A stretch of DNA of 64,000 bases from positions 32,001 to 96,000 of the forward strand of contig CAVTWJ010000021.1 of assembly GCA_963738405.1 (NCBI GenBank), in the 5' to 3' direction. Within the stretch, counting starts at the first letter, position 1; every line of letters starts with the position of its first letter. Position numbers and translations under genes: made by a program. Source of the DNA: a candidate division FCPU426 bacterium. GTDB lineage: Bacteria > Oederibacteriota > Muellerivitia > Muellerivitales > Muellerivitaceae. The notes beneath the pieces were generated by a model. The model saw only the letters and a program-made list of their open reading frames with translations. It was not told the DNA's origin and ran no database searches. This document shows positions 38,236 to 48,561 of the stretch, piece after piece.

Positions 38236-38921
38236 TTTTGATTTCTCCTTTTAGTTTTTTTACCGACGACTCCTCGGACTTGAACCCCTTTGGGTGGCTG
38301 TACAACCCCATGGTTCACCCAAAGGCTGAAAGAATAGGTTTTTTCCTCGCCCTTTTTCCATTTCCAAGTCCTATCCGATGGTTCCTTGCCCGTGACAAAA
38401 GCCTGAAGAAAAGGCGTCCATTGGCGGTTATCCTGAAGCACCATGAGCAGGCCGGGCGCCCTTAACTTGATTCGGAGTTCTTGGCGGCTGGGACCCAGGG
38501 ATAAAACTTTTGATTTCCCTTCTGAAATCTTGGGATCAGCCCTCCTTTCAGCCCTGATGATCCCCTTTTGTTGACCCAACCGAAATTCGCCGCCGGTCCA
38601 ATCCCCGTAAGGCAGGCTCAAAACAATCCGGACATGGATCACCTCTACGGGAGATAAGGGGCAAAGTTTAAACTTAAAGTTACAAGTTTCCCCCGAAAGG
38701 GTGATTTGGGTTTTGAGACCCACGGACCCTTTTTTTCCGGCGGGAATCAGCCCGTCCACCGAAGCGCTTTGTAACGCCTCATCCACCACGTTTTTTCTCC
38801 AACCCTCGGAAAAGACTTCCGGGGTGATCTTGCCGACGCTTTTATTTCCATCGGTGAGGGTGACCGAGCCCTTATGGGTGGTTATCCGTAAGGGAGAAAG
38901 CCTTTCGTTTTTCGAAACCAT
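38232..38921 (-). CDS. Hypothetical beta-rich protein
   Basis: 229-aa ORF between GH9 and SDR; overlaps both. Confidence 0.55.
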   Translation of the reverse strand: MVSKNERLSPLRITTHKGSVTLTDGNKSVGKITPEVFSEGWRKNVVDEALQSASVDGLIPAGKKGSVGLKTQITLSGETCNFKFKLCPLSPVEVIHVRIVLSLPYGDWTGGEFRLGQQKGIIRAERRADPKISEGKSKVLSLGPSRQELRIKLRAPGLLMVLQDNRQWTPFLQAFVTGKEPSDRTWKWKKGEEKTYSFSLWVNHGVVQPPKGVQVRGVVGKKTKRRNQK

Positions 38922-40725
38922 CGAATGACTCCTTTATCAAACTTAAGTCCGATTTATCTTTTGGGCCTGGATCCGGGAGCGTGTTGGCCAAAATGAACAC
39001 CAGGGGCGCGTTCCAGTTGATGGCTACTTCGTTCGAGGCATAGGCCCCTTGGGTATCGGTGTAACACCTGGCGGGCGGAAGTCCTGTCGGGGTGATATGG
39101 TCCTGTCCCCCGACATTGGGGCCTCCCGACAGCATCCCGGGCCAGGCAAGAAGGATACCATCCGCCGCGCTGGGACGGTGATGGGGGTGCATCACAAAGG
39201 AGGTTCCCAAGCCGGTCACGTAGGATATCTTGTTCGCGTTGCGGCCCAGCAGGTAATGGATATCGTCCAGTACAGCCTGGACATAGTCCGCATCCGGAGT
39301 CATGGCGTTGGCCATGAGGAGCAGGATTCCGTAATTGGCCACCCCGCCGTTGGAACCCCAGATATAGTCTTTCGCCCTCAAGCTGACCCGGTAGCCGTCA
39401 GCTTTTTGCCGGGCCACCACTTTGTCCGCCGCGGCAAGGGTATCGGCTTTGATGATGGCAAGCGCCTTCGCGTCGGCCGTGGATCTTTTTGAAAAATAAT
39501 AAGTCCACATGGCCAAATCGTGGGGGTCCGCCCAGTCCTGGGGGTAGGCATCCCCCGATACCGTGGGGTTCCATTCCTTATAACTTGCATTGAAAAAATC
39601 GCTGTAAACTTCGTCACCTGTTGTGCGGTATAGCTCGGCGGCCGCCCAGAGCCGTTGGTTATCCTTTTTAAAATTCTCCCGGAAGCCATGGTCGGAATAT
39701 TCACCCGTGGAAATTCCCGCCGGATTGCGGTCGAACCCGGCAAGGGGGTTCGTTTGAGCCCAGCCCCAGGCACGGACAGCGGCCTCCAGGCAAGCCCGGG
39801 AAAAGGCGGCATCATAGGGTTGGTATAGGCGGGTGGCGATGGCCATGACCGCCGCGAAATCCGCCGTGGCCGCGGTGGTCTTATAGGGGGAGGACCCGCT
39901 TCCAATGATCAGGCGGGGCCCCGCCGAATCCACCTCCGGCATCTCGAATCGGTCGAATTTGGCGGTGGTGAGCTTGGGCCAAACTCCGCCGTCGCTGTCC
40001 TGCATGGCGAGCATCCATTCCAGGTTCCAGCGGCATTCGTTGAGAATGTCGGGCGTCGAATTTCCCGACTCCGGAAGATGAAGGTTTAGCTTCCCGATCC
40101 GGTTTGAATACCACTCATAGGTCCAGAGAAGCTCGGCGGTAGAAATGCCCGAATTGACCACGTATTTCCCGTAATCTCCCGCGTCATGCCAACCTTTGGC
40201 TGCGTTTTTAAAACCCGTCTTCCCGGAAGAGGGGTCAAAGGTGCCGTCAGCCAAGTGGCAGGGGCCGTGGCTCCAGGTGGTGGCGCCCTTCGTCAAGGTC
40301 ACCCCCATCCCGCACCTCTGACCATAAAAAAACTTTATGACATCGTAGAAAGCGCCGGCGTATACGTTGGGTCCTATCGCGAAGGGGTAGCTTTGCCCGA
40401 GCCCCACCGCGCTCACGAGGTAGGTTCCCGGCGCCGTGACCGCCGAAAAATCAGCTGTTCGAATCGTTATCCCCGAATTGGCATCGGCGGAGGAAGGCCC
40501 TAAGGATCCGGAAAAAACGGTGACGCCTCCCGGGAAGGTCAGGACCGTGAAGGGTCCCGCCGCCGAGGCGTTCGTCACCATGGCGAGCTTGGTTTCGGTG
40601 GTCAGATATCCGGTTTGATCCACCTGGATATCAGCCGTAGTTGCCGCGCCAAGGGGAGCGATCGCGGCCACAAGGAAATAAATAACACGAAGGTGGGCGG
40701 GGAAGGTTTGAAATACTTTTATCAA
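38872..40725 (-). CDS. Secreted glycoside hydrolase family 9 with an N-terminal Ig-like domain
   Basis: VDQTGY..K.A, ADFS.V..PG.Y; GWHDAGDYGKY, HPHHR, YASNEVAINWNA. Confidence 0.92.
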   Translation of the reverse strand: MIKVFQTFPAHLRVIYFLVAAIAPLGAATTADIQVDQTGYLTTETKLAMVTNASAAGPFTVLTFPGGVTVFSGSLGPSSADANSGITIRTADFSAVTAPGTYLVSAVGLGQSYPFAIGPNVYAGAFYDVIKFFYGQRCGMGVTLTKGATTWSHGPCHLADGTFDPSSGKTGFKNAAKGWHDAGDYGKYVVNSGISTAELLWTYEWYSNRIGKLNLHLPESGNSTPDILNECRWNLEWMLAMQDSDGGVWPKLTTAKFDRFEMPEVDSAGPRLIIGSGSSPYKTTAATADFAAVMAIATRLYQPYDAAFSRACLEAAVRAWGWAQTNPLAGFDRNPAGISTGEYSDHGFRENFKKDNQRLWAAAELYRTTGDEVYSDFFNASYKEWNPTVSGDAYPQDWADPHDLAMWTYYFSKRSTADAKALAIIKADTLAAADKVVARQKADGYRVSLRAKDYIWGSNGGVANYGILLLMANAMTPDADYVQAVLDDIHYLLGRNANKISYVTGLGTSFVMHPHHRPSAADGILLAWPGMLSGGPNVGGQDHITPTGLPPARCYTDTQGAYASNEVAINWNAPLVFILANTLPDPGPKDKSDLSLIKESFDGFEKRKAFSLTDNHP

Positions 40726-40820
40726 AACAATCTTCCAAAAACTTCCGGAACACTGGAGAAGGACCCGGGCGTGAGAAACATGAGAACCGCCACAAATACG
40801 AGCCGATATTTCATTTTCAT
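40722..40820 (-). CDS. Possible 32-aa signal-peptide-like ORF upstream of GH9
   Basis: SD-like GAGGAG directly before ATG; MKMKYRLVFVAVLMFLTPGSFSSVPEVFGRLF; TGA overlaps the GH9 TTG. Confidence 0.35.
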   Translation of the reverse strand: MKMKYRLVFVAVLMFLTPGSFSSVPEVFGRLF

Positions 40821-41012
40821 TCTCCTCAATGGGATTCGGCCAGGCTCACCGATGATACCCGATTTATTTTCGAACAAGGCGGTAAGGGTTCCCGTGAAAG
40901 CGGTGCCATTAAAATTTTTTCGGAAAGGGTGTTGTTTTTGGAACGTTGGAAGAATCGGAGGCCTGAATAGTTAAAATAAAACGCGGATCAAAATCACATG
41001 GAAGTTCCCAGA

Positions 41013-43196
41013 TTAACGCCAGGGGTACTTGGATTCCGATTCCTTGGCCTTGAGGGCCGCTTCTTCCGCATCCTTTTTGTCCCCACCCAACCAATAGAGC
41101 GAAGCCAGTTCCCCGTAGAGGTGGGAAGCCGGATATCCGTATTTCACGGCATTTTCCAAGGCGGCCAGGTGTTCGGGAAAATGGCCGCCAAAATAATAGT
41201 AAGTGGCTGCCACCTTTTCCCAGTACATGGAAGCGATCAAGGGATCATCCTTCACCCAATCCCCTCCCCTTTGAACATCTTGGGTGTATCGGTCCATAAG
41301 ACCCTGGTCATGAATGTGATCCAAATCCCAATTAAGCAGGGTAAAGCCGGGGTCCGCCTTCGCCCAATGACCGAGCTGAGCCCAGTTGGAATCGTTGATC
41401 TTGAGGATTCCCAAGAGGCGGGGATTTTCCGGATAAACTTCCGCGTCCAACACCCTCCAATCCGCATCCGGGAACCGCGCCTTCAAGAAGGGAAGGTAGT
41501 GGGCGTCCGTCACCAAGGCCAGCCAAGAGGGGAGGGCGGAGGAGGGATCCCCTTTCAAGATATTGAGATAATAGGTCATGACTTCCAGGCTGCGGTCCGC
41601 CGGGACATCCCACTCGCCTAAAATAATGCCGGGCCCATATTGATTTTTCCACGTCTTCAAAATTTGATAGGTCTGGAACCGGGCGGGAGATTTGCCGAAT
41701 GTCTGAAGAAGCGCCGGATTTTGGGCCGCCGCTAAACAGGGTCCCCAAAGACGGTCCGCGTCAAAAAACGCCGTGAATAACAAAATCCCGACCAGAATCC
41801 ATCCCTTGCGGGATCCTATCCGCTCAAGGAAGCTTTGTATTCCCACAGCCGTCACCAAAAGCAAGGGAACCAATACCTGTACGATTCTCATTCCCTCCAT
41901 GTTGACGGTTAAAAAACCAGGAAAAAGGAACAAGAGGAAAGACAAGGCCAAAGCCCGGGTGAAGGGCATGGAGGTTCGTCCGAAAAAACGAATCAAACCC
42001 AGCGCAAAGAAAGCGGCTAAAAGAGGGTTTAAAAAACCGCCTTCGACCGGGGTTAATAAATGATTTCCATCCGTCGTTCCCCAAAACAGCACGCTGACAT
42101 AGCTGAATACGACGGATGATTGCGCCAAGAAATTAAAGGGCCGGCTCCAGGCCGCCACGTCTAATATATGCCGGCCGAAACCCATCCGATAACTTTCCAT
42201 AGCCCAAGGACCCATGATCAAGCCTAATCCGAATATAAAAAGATATAAATGAAGGGCTTTCCCTTTTCGGAGGGTTAATGTTTCCCAAACCACAACGATT
42301 CCTGTCCATAGAACGACCATCGGCCAGGCGGTGAAGGTAAAACAGTTAAGGCCCGTGACAGTCCCCAACAATAACGACCAAGCCGCTTTTTCCGGATTTA
42401 CCGCTTTGAGGTATTTCCCTAAAACATAAAAACCAGCGAGGTTGAACAGGGGGACGACAATCCCCTCCTCGCAAACCCTTCCCAAAAGCAAAGGCCAATA
42501 ACTCAAACCCCAAAGTCCCGCCACAAGAAAAGAAAGGGATTTTGAAAAATATTGGCGCGCGGTTCCATAGGCCAATAAGACGGTTAGGATGGAAATAATC
42601 GCCGGAGGAACCCAAAGGTTGAAACTAACCGAATGCGAGAGGGTAAAAAACAAGCCGTAGATCCAAAACAGGGTGGGCGGACCTTGGCCCGCCGTGTTGA
42701 AAAATCTCCAATCGTCTCGATCGGCGATGGCTAACCCCGCCTCAGCGTGCAGGGCTTCATCCCCTGTCGGCCATAGTTCCAGGGTCGTAACCCGCCAAAA
42801 CCTTAAAACCACAGCGGCCCCGCCCAGCAAAACCCACACCCAACCCGGAATCGTTCCCAAGAACTCCCTCAAATAAAAAGGCTTTTCGCTGGTTTTAGAG
42901 GCTGTATCCCGGCGGAAGAATAAAACCATCGGCAACAGAACCCCAAGGAGGCCTATCAGGAATTTGGAGGCCAAGGGAAGGCTTAAATAGGATAAGAGTG
43001 TATTTGAAAGGATTAGCACTATTAAAACACCCCAATCCGATATCCGGGTGTCCTGGGTGAGGTGTTGGATTTGAGAACGAATTGATTTCAAATGGGTTTC
43101 CTGATGGGCGCCGCGTCCCTTGAACCCTATCAGTTTAATTGATTCCTTGGACGTTACAATTATGAACCGCCCGTCGCCCTGTTTGCTTTGTTTCAT
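41013..43196 (-). CDS. PMT/ArnT-like (GT39/GT83-type) membrane glycosyltransferase with a C-terminal TPR-like part (start uncertain)
   Basis: LRFW......PTGDE...A..G; QGPP; W.L.LGR; many TMs. Confidence 0.7.
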   Translation of the reverse strand: MKQSKQGDGRFIIVTSKESIKLIGFKGRGAHQETHLKSIRSQIQHLTQDTRISDWGVLIVLILSNTLLSYLSLPLASKFLIGLLGVLLPMVLFFRRDTASKTSEKPFYLREFLGTIPGWVWVLLGGAAVVLRFWRVTTLELWPTGDEALHAEAGLAIADRDDWRFFNTAGQGPPTLFWIYGLFFTLSHSVSFNLWVPPAIISILTVLLAYGTARQYFSKSLSFLVAGLWGLSYWPLLLGRVCEEGIVVPLFNLAGFYVLGKYLKAVNPEKAAWSLLLGTVTGLNCFTFTAWPMVVLWTGIVVVWETLTLRKGKALHLYLFIFGLGLIMGPWAMESYRMGFGRHILDVAAWSRPFNFLAQSSVVFSYVSVLFWGTTDGNHLLTPVEGGFLNPLLAAFFALGLIRFFGRTSMPFTRALALSFLLFLFPGFLTVNMEGMRIVQVLVPLLLVTAVGIQSFLERIGSRKGWILVGILLFTAFFDADRLWGPCLAAAQNPALLQTFGKSPARFQTYQILKTWKNQYGPGIILGEWDVPADRSLEVMTYYLNILKGDPSSALPSWLALVTDAHYLPFLKARFPDADWRVLDAEVYPENPRLLGILKINDSNWAQLGHWAKADPGFTLLNWDLDHIHDQGLMDRYTQDVQRGGDWVKDDPLIASMYWEKVAATYYYFGGHFPEHLAALENAVKYGYPASHLYGELASLYWLGGDKKDAEEAALKAKESESKYPWR

Positions 43197-43252
43197 GTTT
43201 AAATGGGTTCCCGAGCCTTTGAATCTCTGGACCGAAAAGAGATATCCCCGCG

Positions 43253-44545
43253 ATGCCTAAAAGATCAAACCCTTCCCATTCCAAAACCCCATCCTTGCCG
43301 GCCCCTCTTCCCTCCATCGACCAGGTTCCTGTCCATGGCTGGCGCAAAACCTTCGCGGCTTTCAAAAACCCCAATTACCGCCTTTTTTTCATGGGTCAAA
43401 CCCTATCCCTCATCGGCACTTGGGCCCGCAGCGCAGCCTGGGGGTGGCTGGCCTATCAATGGACCCATTCAAAGCTTCTTCTGGGACTCACCTTCATGTT
43501 CAACGCCTTGCCCCTGTTTCTGTTTTCCACTTACGCGGGTTCGCTGGCGGATCGGATACCCAAACTGGCCATTTTCAAGGTGACCAGTTGGACCGCCATG
43601 ACAGCCTCCCTGGTTTTCTCCATTCTCTTGTTCCAAGGGGAAAGGGATATCCACACCTTGATGGGATTTGTATCCCTCTGGGGTCTTTGCATGGCCTTTG
43701 AGATGCCGGCTCGGCAAAGCTTGATGGTGGAATTGGTGGGAAAGGAGCATCTGGTCAACGCCATCGCCTTGAACAGCGCCATGGTGAATGCTACGCGAGT
43801 CATCGGCCCTGCGATCGGCGGGATTTTACTGAGCAACTACGGTCCCCAATGGTGCTTCCTTTTGGATGCTTTGAGTTTTACGGCCGTTCTCGCAGGCCTT
43901 TACCTTATGCGCATTGATAAAACCACCCATGTCAAGGAAGCCAAGACGGACTGGAAATATTATTCGGAAGGGTTCCGATACGTGAAAAACCACCCGACCC
44001 TGGCCCGCACCATGGGACTGATGCTTTTATTAAGTATCGGCGGATGGGCCTATCTTTCGCAGTTTCCCGCTTTCGTACAGGACCGCCTGGGACTCCAAGC
44101 CGACGGCTATGGCTGGCTTTTGGCCATGAACGGCCTGGGGGCCTGCACCGCGGCGCTCTTGGTGGCAAGCCAAGGCCGACAACTGATCAAGGAACGAACC
44201 CTCTTTTTCGGAATTGCCGTTTATAGCCTCTTTATCTTTTTATTCGGATTTCAGCACAATCCAGTGGGGGCGGCCTTCTTGGTTTTTTTCGCAGGGTTCG
44301 GCATTGTGCTTTTCTTTTCCACCGGCAACAGCGTGATCCAGACCTATTCCCCCGATCCCTTGAGGGGCCGCATCATGGGCATCTGGGCCCTTGTTTTTGG
44401 CGGAGGAATGCCCATCGGCAGTTTTTGGATGGGTTATCTGGCCTCCAGAACCGATTCGGGAGTGGCCCTGCAGGCGGGAGGGGTTTTTTGCGCCGTGGGG
44501 GCGTTTCTTATTTATTTCTTCGGCCTGAAAAAACGGCGATCCTAA
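43253..44545 (+). CDS. MFS transporter
   Basis: GSLADRIPK motif A, PARQSL, RVIGPAIGG, LRGRIMG; 12 TMs. Confidence 0.9.
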   Translation: MPKRSNPSHSKTPSLPAPLPSIDQVPVHGWRKTFAAFKNPNYRLFFMGQTLSLIGTWARSAAWGWLAYQWTHSKLLLGLTFMFNALPLFLFSTYAGSLADRIPKLAIFKVTSWTAMTASLVFSILLFQGERDIHTLMGFVSLWGLCMAFEMPARQSLMVELVGKEHLVNAIALNSAMVNATRVIGPAIGGILLSNYGPQWCFLLDALSFTAVLAGLYLMRIDKTTHVKEAKTDWKYYSEGFRYVKNHPTLARTMGLMLLLSIGGWAYLSQFPAFVQDRLGLQADGYGWLLAMNGLGACTAALLVASQGRQLIKERTLFFGIAVYSLFIFLFGFQHNPVGAAFLVFFAGFGIVLFFSTGNSVIQTYSPDPLRGRIMGIWALVFGGGMPIGSFWMGYLASRTDSGVALQAGGVFCAVGAFLIYFFGLKKRRS

Positions 44546-44634
44546 AAAAGGTTTTTTCTCCTTCCGTTGACGCCTCCAAAGCCCATGGTTTAAGTTAGGT
44601 TCCGCATTTCATCGCTCAAAGGGAGAGTAATAAT

Positions 44635-46485
44635 TTGAACGTTTTGCCTTTGATGCTGGCCGCACTTTTGGTGATGGCCATCGCCTACCGCTATTACAGC
44701 GCCTTCCTGGCCGCCAAGGTCGTCGCCTTGGACGACCGCAGGGTGACCCCGGCCCACACCTTGAACGATGGAACCAATTACAAACCCATCCCCAAGTACG
44801 TTCTCTTCGGGCAGCATTTCGCCAATATCGCGGGCTCCGGACCCTTGATCGGTCCGGTTTTAGCTGCCCAATTCGGTTTTCTTCCCGGGTTTCTTTGGCT
44901 GCTTATCGGGGTTTGTCTGGCCGGGGCCGTGCACGATTTCATGATTTTATCCGCCTCCATCCGTCGCAACGGCAAGTCGCTGGCTGAAATCGCCCGGCAC
45001 GAGATTACGCCCCTGGCAGGCGCGGTGGCCTCCTTGGCCATTCTGATTATTGTGGTGGTGGCTTTGGCGGGATTGGGCTTGGCGGTCGTCAACGCGCTAA
45101 AGGGCAGCCCCTGGGGCGTGTTTTCCATCGGCGCCACCATCCTGACCGCCGTCATCGTGGGTTTCTGGATGTTCAAGTTTCATGTGGGCAAAATCGCCGG
45201 GATCAGCGTTTTCGGCGTGGGGGTGGTGGTTTCGGCGGTAATTTTCGGAAACACCATCGCCCATTCGGGATTGGCGCCCCTTTTCACCTGGACACCCAAC
45301 GGGGTGATCCTCGCCTTGGGCCTTTATGGTTTTATGGCCTCGGTCCTGCCGGTCTGGATGCTCATGACCCCGATGGGATACCTGAGCTCTTACATGAAAA
45401 TTGGGACCATTACAGCCCTAGTGGTGGGCATCATTCTGGTTCACCCTGATCTGAAAATGCCCGCCCTGACCCCTTTCGTGAATGGCGGCGGCCCCATCAT
45501 TCCCGGCAAACTTTTTCCCTTTGTTTTTGTCACGATCGCCTGCGGGGCCATCTCGGGTTTTCACGCCCTCGTATCCTCGGGCACAACCCCCAAGATGCTC
45601 GACAAGGAATCGGACGCACGAACGATTGGCTACGGGGCTATGCTGGTGGAAGGCTTAGTGGGTGTGGTGGCGCTTTTGGCCACCTGTTCCCTCTTTCCAG
45701 CCGATTACTTCGCCATCAATCTTTCCCCCGATAAATTCGCCGCGCTTGGGATGAATCCCGTTCACCTGCAGGAACTTTGTCAGGCCGTGGGCGAGAATGT
45801 GGCGGGACGGCCCGGCGGGGCGGTTTCGTTAGCGGTGGGCTTCGCCCAGGTCTTTTCCGGGCTTCCAGGTTTGGAAAGCCTCATGAATTATTTCTACCAT
45901 TTCATGATCATGTTTGAGGCCTTGTTTATCCTGACCACCATTGACGCGGGCACCCGGATCGGCCGGTTTCTTTTACAGGAATTTGGCGGACGCCTTTGGA
46001 AACCCTTGGAAAATCCCAACTGGCTACCGGGAACGGTTCTTTGTACCGCCCTGGTAGTGGGTTTTTGGGTTTATTTGATCTTGGCGGGAAGCGTCTCTAC
46101 CATCTGGCCCATGTTCGGGACCGCCAACCAGCTCTTGGCCAGCGTGGCCCTGGCGGTGGCCACCAGCGCCATCATCAACTCGGGAAGGGCCAGGTACGCT
46201 TGGGTGACCTTGGTCCCCATGTTGTTTGTGGCCTCCACAACCCTGACCGCGGCCTGGATGAATATTTTCAACAACTTCCTGCCCTTGGCGGCCGCCCACC
46301 CTGAAAAGGCCTTCTCAGCCTATCTCAACGTGACCCTTACGGTCGTGATCATGACCTGCGCGCTAATTGTGCTTTGGGAATCATTCCGGCGCTGGTACCA
46401 AATTCTCGTGTTAAAGAAAAACCCGAAAGCGTTAAAGGCGTCGAGTTCGAAAGGGATTGAGATGCCGGATTATGGCTGCTGTTAG
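44635..46485 (+). CDS. cstA: Carbon starvation protein A family peptide/pyruvate transporter
   Basis: TPAH...DG..Y.P, HFANIAG.GPL.GP, GAVHD, IACGAISGFH, TT.D.GTR..R, IWPMFG.ANQLLA. Confidence 0.93.
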   Translation: MNVLPLMLAALLVMAIAYRYYSAFLAAKVVALDDRRVTPAHTLNDGTNYKPIPKYVLFGQHFANIAGSGPLIGPVLAAQFGFLPGFLWLLIGVCLAGAVHDFMILSASIRRNGKSLAEIARHEITPLAGAVASLAILIIVVVALAGLGLAVVNALKGSPWGVFSIGATILTAVIVGFWMFKFHVGKIAGISVFGVGVVVSAVIFGNTIAHSGLAPLFTWTPNGVILALGLYGFMASVLPVWMLMTPMGYLSSYMKIGTITALVVGIILVHPDLKMPALTPFVNGGGPIIPGKLFPFVFVTIACGAISGFHALVSSGTTPKMLDKESDARTIGYGAMLVEGLVGVVALLATCSLFPADYFAINLSPDKFAALGMNPVHLQELCQAVGENVAGRPGGAVSLAVGFAQVFSGLPGLESLMNYFYHFMIMFEALFILTTIDAGTRIGRFLLQEFGGRLWKPLENPNWLPGTVLCTALVVGFWVYLILAGSVSTIWPMFGTANQLLASVALAVATSAIINSGRARYAWVTLVPMLFVASTTLTAAWMNIFNNFLPLAAAHPEKAFSAYLNVTLTVVIMTCALIVLWESFRRWYQILVLKKNPKALKASSSKGIEMPDYGCC

Positions 46486-46521
46486 AAATATTTCGACCGC
46501 TTCCCGCCCTTCAAAGTCGAT

Positions 46522-47058
46522 TTAAATAAGTCCCAACACAAAAAAGACCACCCCCACCATGCCGCAGCCGATACTGACGAACCAGAACATCTTCTTTCGG
46601 GCCAAGGCGGCGATGGCCCCAGTGGCGATCGCCACCTGGAAAAAGGTCACCGAATGGGCCAGGATTTCGTGATGTTTTAAATGGGCTTCCGATTCCTCCT
46701 GAAGCTGGATGGCGTCATCCTTTATTTTTTCCTGCTCCTGTTTGTACTGTTCCTCTTTTTGAAGTTCCTCTTCAGAAGGTTTGTGTTTCAAGGCGATCAA
46801 CATTTCGTTTTTCGCAGTAAGAATCGCGGACTTGATGCCCTTGGCTTGGTAGTAGGCCCATTGATCCGAGGCCTTGAGCTGGTCCAACATGGCTTCGTTG
46901 GCGTGGGAACCGGCTAAGAGGGCCGATACCGCCGCGAAGACTGCGAGGATGGCGGAACTTAAAGCCACGCCCATAATCCAATTTTCTTTTGATTTTTCCG
47001 CGCTTTCTTCCATATCCTCGTGCAAATGTTCGGTGGGGACTTCTATTTCTTCGGGCAT
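46522..47058 (-). CDS. DUF4337-like membrane protein
   Basis: ASDQWAYYQAKGIK motif, 3 TMs, coiled coil. Confidence 0.8.
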   Translation of the reverse strand: MPEEIEVPTEHLHEDMEESAEKSKENWIMGVALSSAILAVFAAVSALLAGSHANEAMLDQLKASDQWAYYQAKGIKSAILTAKNEMLIALKHKPSEEELQKEEQYKQEQEKIKDDAIQLQEESEAHLKHHEILAHSVTFFQVAIATGAIAALARKKMFWFVSIGCGMVGVVFFVLGLI

Positions 47059-47143
47059 TTGTTTTCCTTAGTTTTTTTGATGGACCATAAATTAAATTCG
47101 ACTCTTGAGACTGTTAAGTCTTGCGGTAAATTCCGAAATAAAT

Positions 47144-47176
47144 AAAAAAGGGGAGGCGGTTTTGCCGCTCCCCTTT
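47144..47176 (-). terminator. Intrinsic terminator after the desaturase
   Basis: Minus strand AAAGGGGAGCGG-caaaa-CCGCCTCCCC-T6. Confidence 0.75.
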
Positions 47177-47203
47177 AGTAAAGACCGCTTGAAGAAATGA
47201 AAA

Positions 47204-48154
47204 CTAGGCCGCGACTTCCTTTTTAATCCCCAACCTTCCTTCCGCAATAAGTTCCTTGGGGTGCTTTTGAATATCCCAAACCAACCCGAACATTGAAAAA
47301 GTCTTCAGGACGTAATGGGTAATATCGACTTCCCACCAATAGATTCCCTGGCTTTCAGCGAAGGGGAAACGGTGATGGTTGTTATGCCAGCCTTCCCCCA
47401 AGGTGACCATGGAAAGGACAAAACTGTTCTTACTGTCATCCCCCGTCTCAAAACGCTTCTTGCCGATGAGATGGGAAAGGGAGTTGATGCAGAAAGTTCC
47501 ATGGTAAAGCAAAGTCGTGGAGGTGAAAAATCCCCAGGTCAACATTTGCAGGCCGTTCGTATGCAGGCTGGGCGCGGCGTGCTGCAAAAAGGCGCCAAAA
47601 AAGTAGATGCCTCCCGCTAACACGAAAGGCGCCAAACCGTGATACTTGTTAAGCCACACCAGCTCAGGAAACTTGACGAGATCCTTCACGGCCTCCTCGT
47701 TGGTTTTGGCGTACTTGCGGCTTAAAAGCCAGCCCATGTGGGACCACCAGAGGCCCCTCCTGCGGGGCGAATGAACATCCTGGTCCGTATCCGAATATTT
47801 ATGGTGGTGCCGGTGATGGGCCGCCCACCAAAGGGGGCCCTGCTGAGCGCTGGTAGCTCCCCAAAACCCCAGAATAAATTGAAAGATTCGGCTGGTCTTA
47901 TAGGACCGGTGTGAAAAATACCGGTGATAGGCGCCCGTGATGGCGAACATGCGGGCGTAATACATGAAAACGCACATTAGGATCGCAGGCCAACTGAACC
48001 CAGTGAAAATGGCCAAAACGCCAACCACATGAACCAGGAAAAAAGGAATGCTGTCGACCCAATCGATTTTTTCTTCGAAGGTGTATACGTGACGAATACG
48101 GCGCCACCCCGTATCGGGCGAATTACCCGTTTTAGTTGTCTCCCCTGCTTGCAT
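47204..48154 (-). CDS. Delta-9 type acyl-CoA/lipid desaturase (start ATG 48154 behind GAGGTG)
   Basis: His boxes YHRYFSHRS, HHRHHH, GEGWHNNHH. Confidence 0.92.
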   Translation of the reverse strand: MQAGETTKTGNSPDTGWRRIRHVYTFEEKIDWVDSIPFFLVHVVGVLAIFTGFSWPAILMCVFMYYARMFAITGAYHRYFSHRSYKTSRIFQFILGFWGATSAQQGPLWWAAHHRHHHKYSDTDQDVHSPRRRGLWWSHMGWLLSRKYAKTNEEAVKDLVKFPELVWLNKYHGLAPFVLAGGIYFFGAFLQHAAPSLHTNGLQMLTWGFFTSTTLLYHGTFCINSLSHLIGKKRFETGDDSKNSFVLSMVTLGEGWHNNHHRFPFAESQGIYWWEVDITHYVLKTFSMFGLVWDIQKHPKELIAEGRLGIKKEVAA

Positions 48155-48561
48155 AAGCCTTAACACCTCATGAATTAAATTTTGATTTCCCTGCCAAATC
48201 TGCAGGCTCCAGTCGTATCTGAAAACAATTTTCTTGACCTAATACTTCATCAAATAAAAATGTCCGTTTTTGACCGCTGGAAAGACCGCGATGGCAGAAC
48301 TAAAACACTTGGAGGAGTAACGTTTGATTAAACCAAACTCTTCCTAAAGATATTATACTCCGGGTTCTGCCCCGGAATAACCAGTAAAACCAAAGCTCCA
48401 AACTTTTATTCTCTCAACCCGTAAAATTGGCAAAAGGCATTCGAAGCACATTGAACACACAAAATATCACTTTTTGCCCTTCCCCACCCCACCCATTGGG
48501 GTGGTTATTGATCTTTCAGCTAGAAAAAAGGGATAAAAAAACCTATTGAGAGGGTTTTAAA

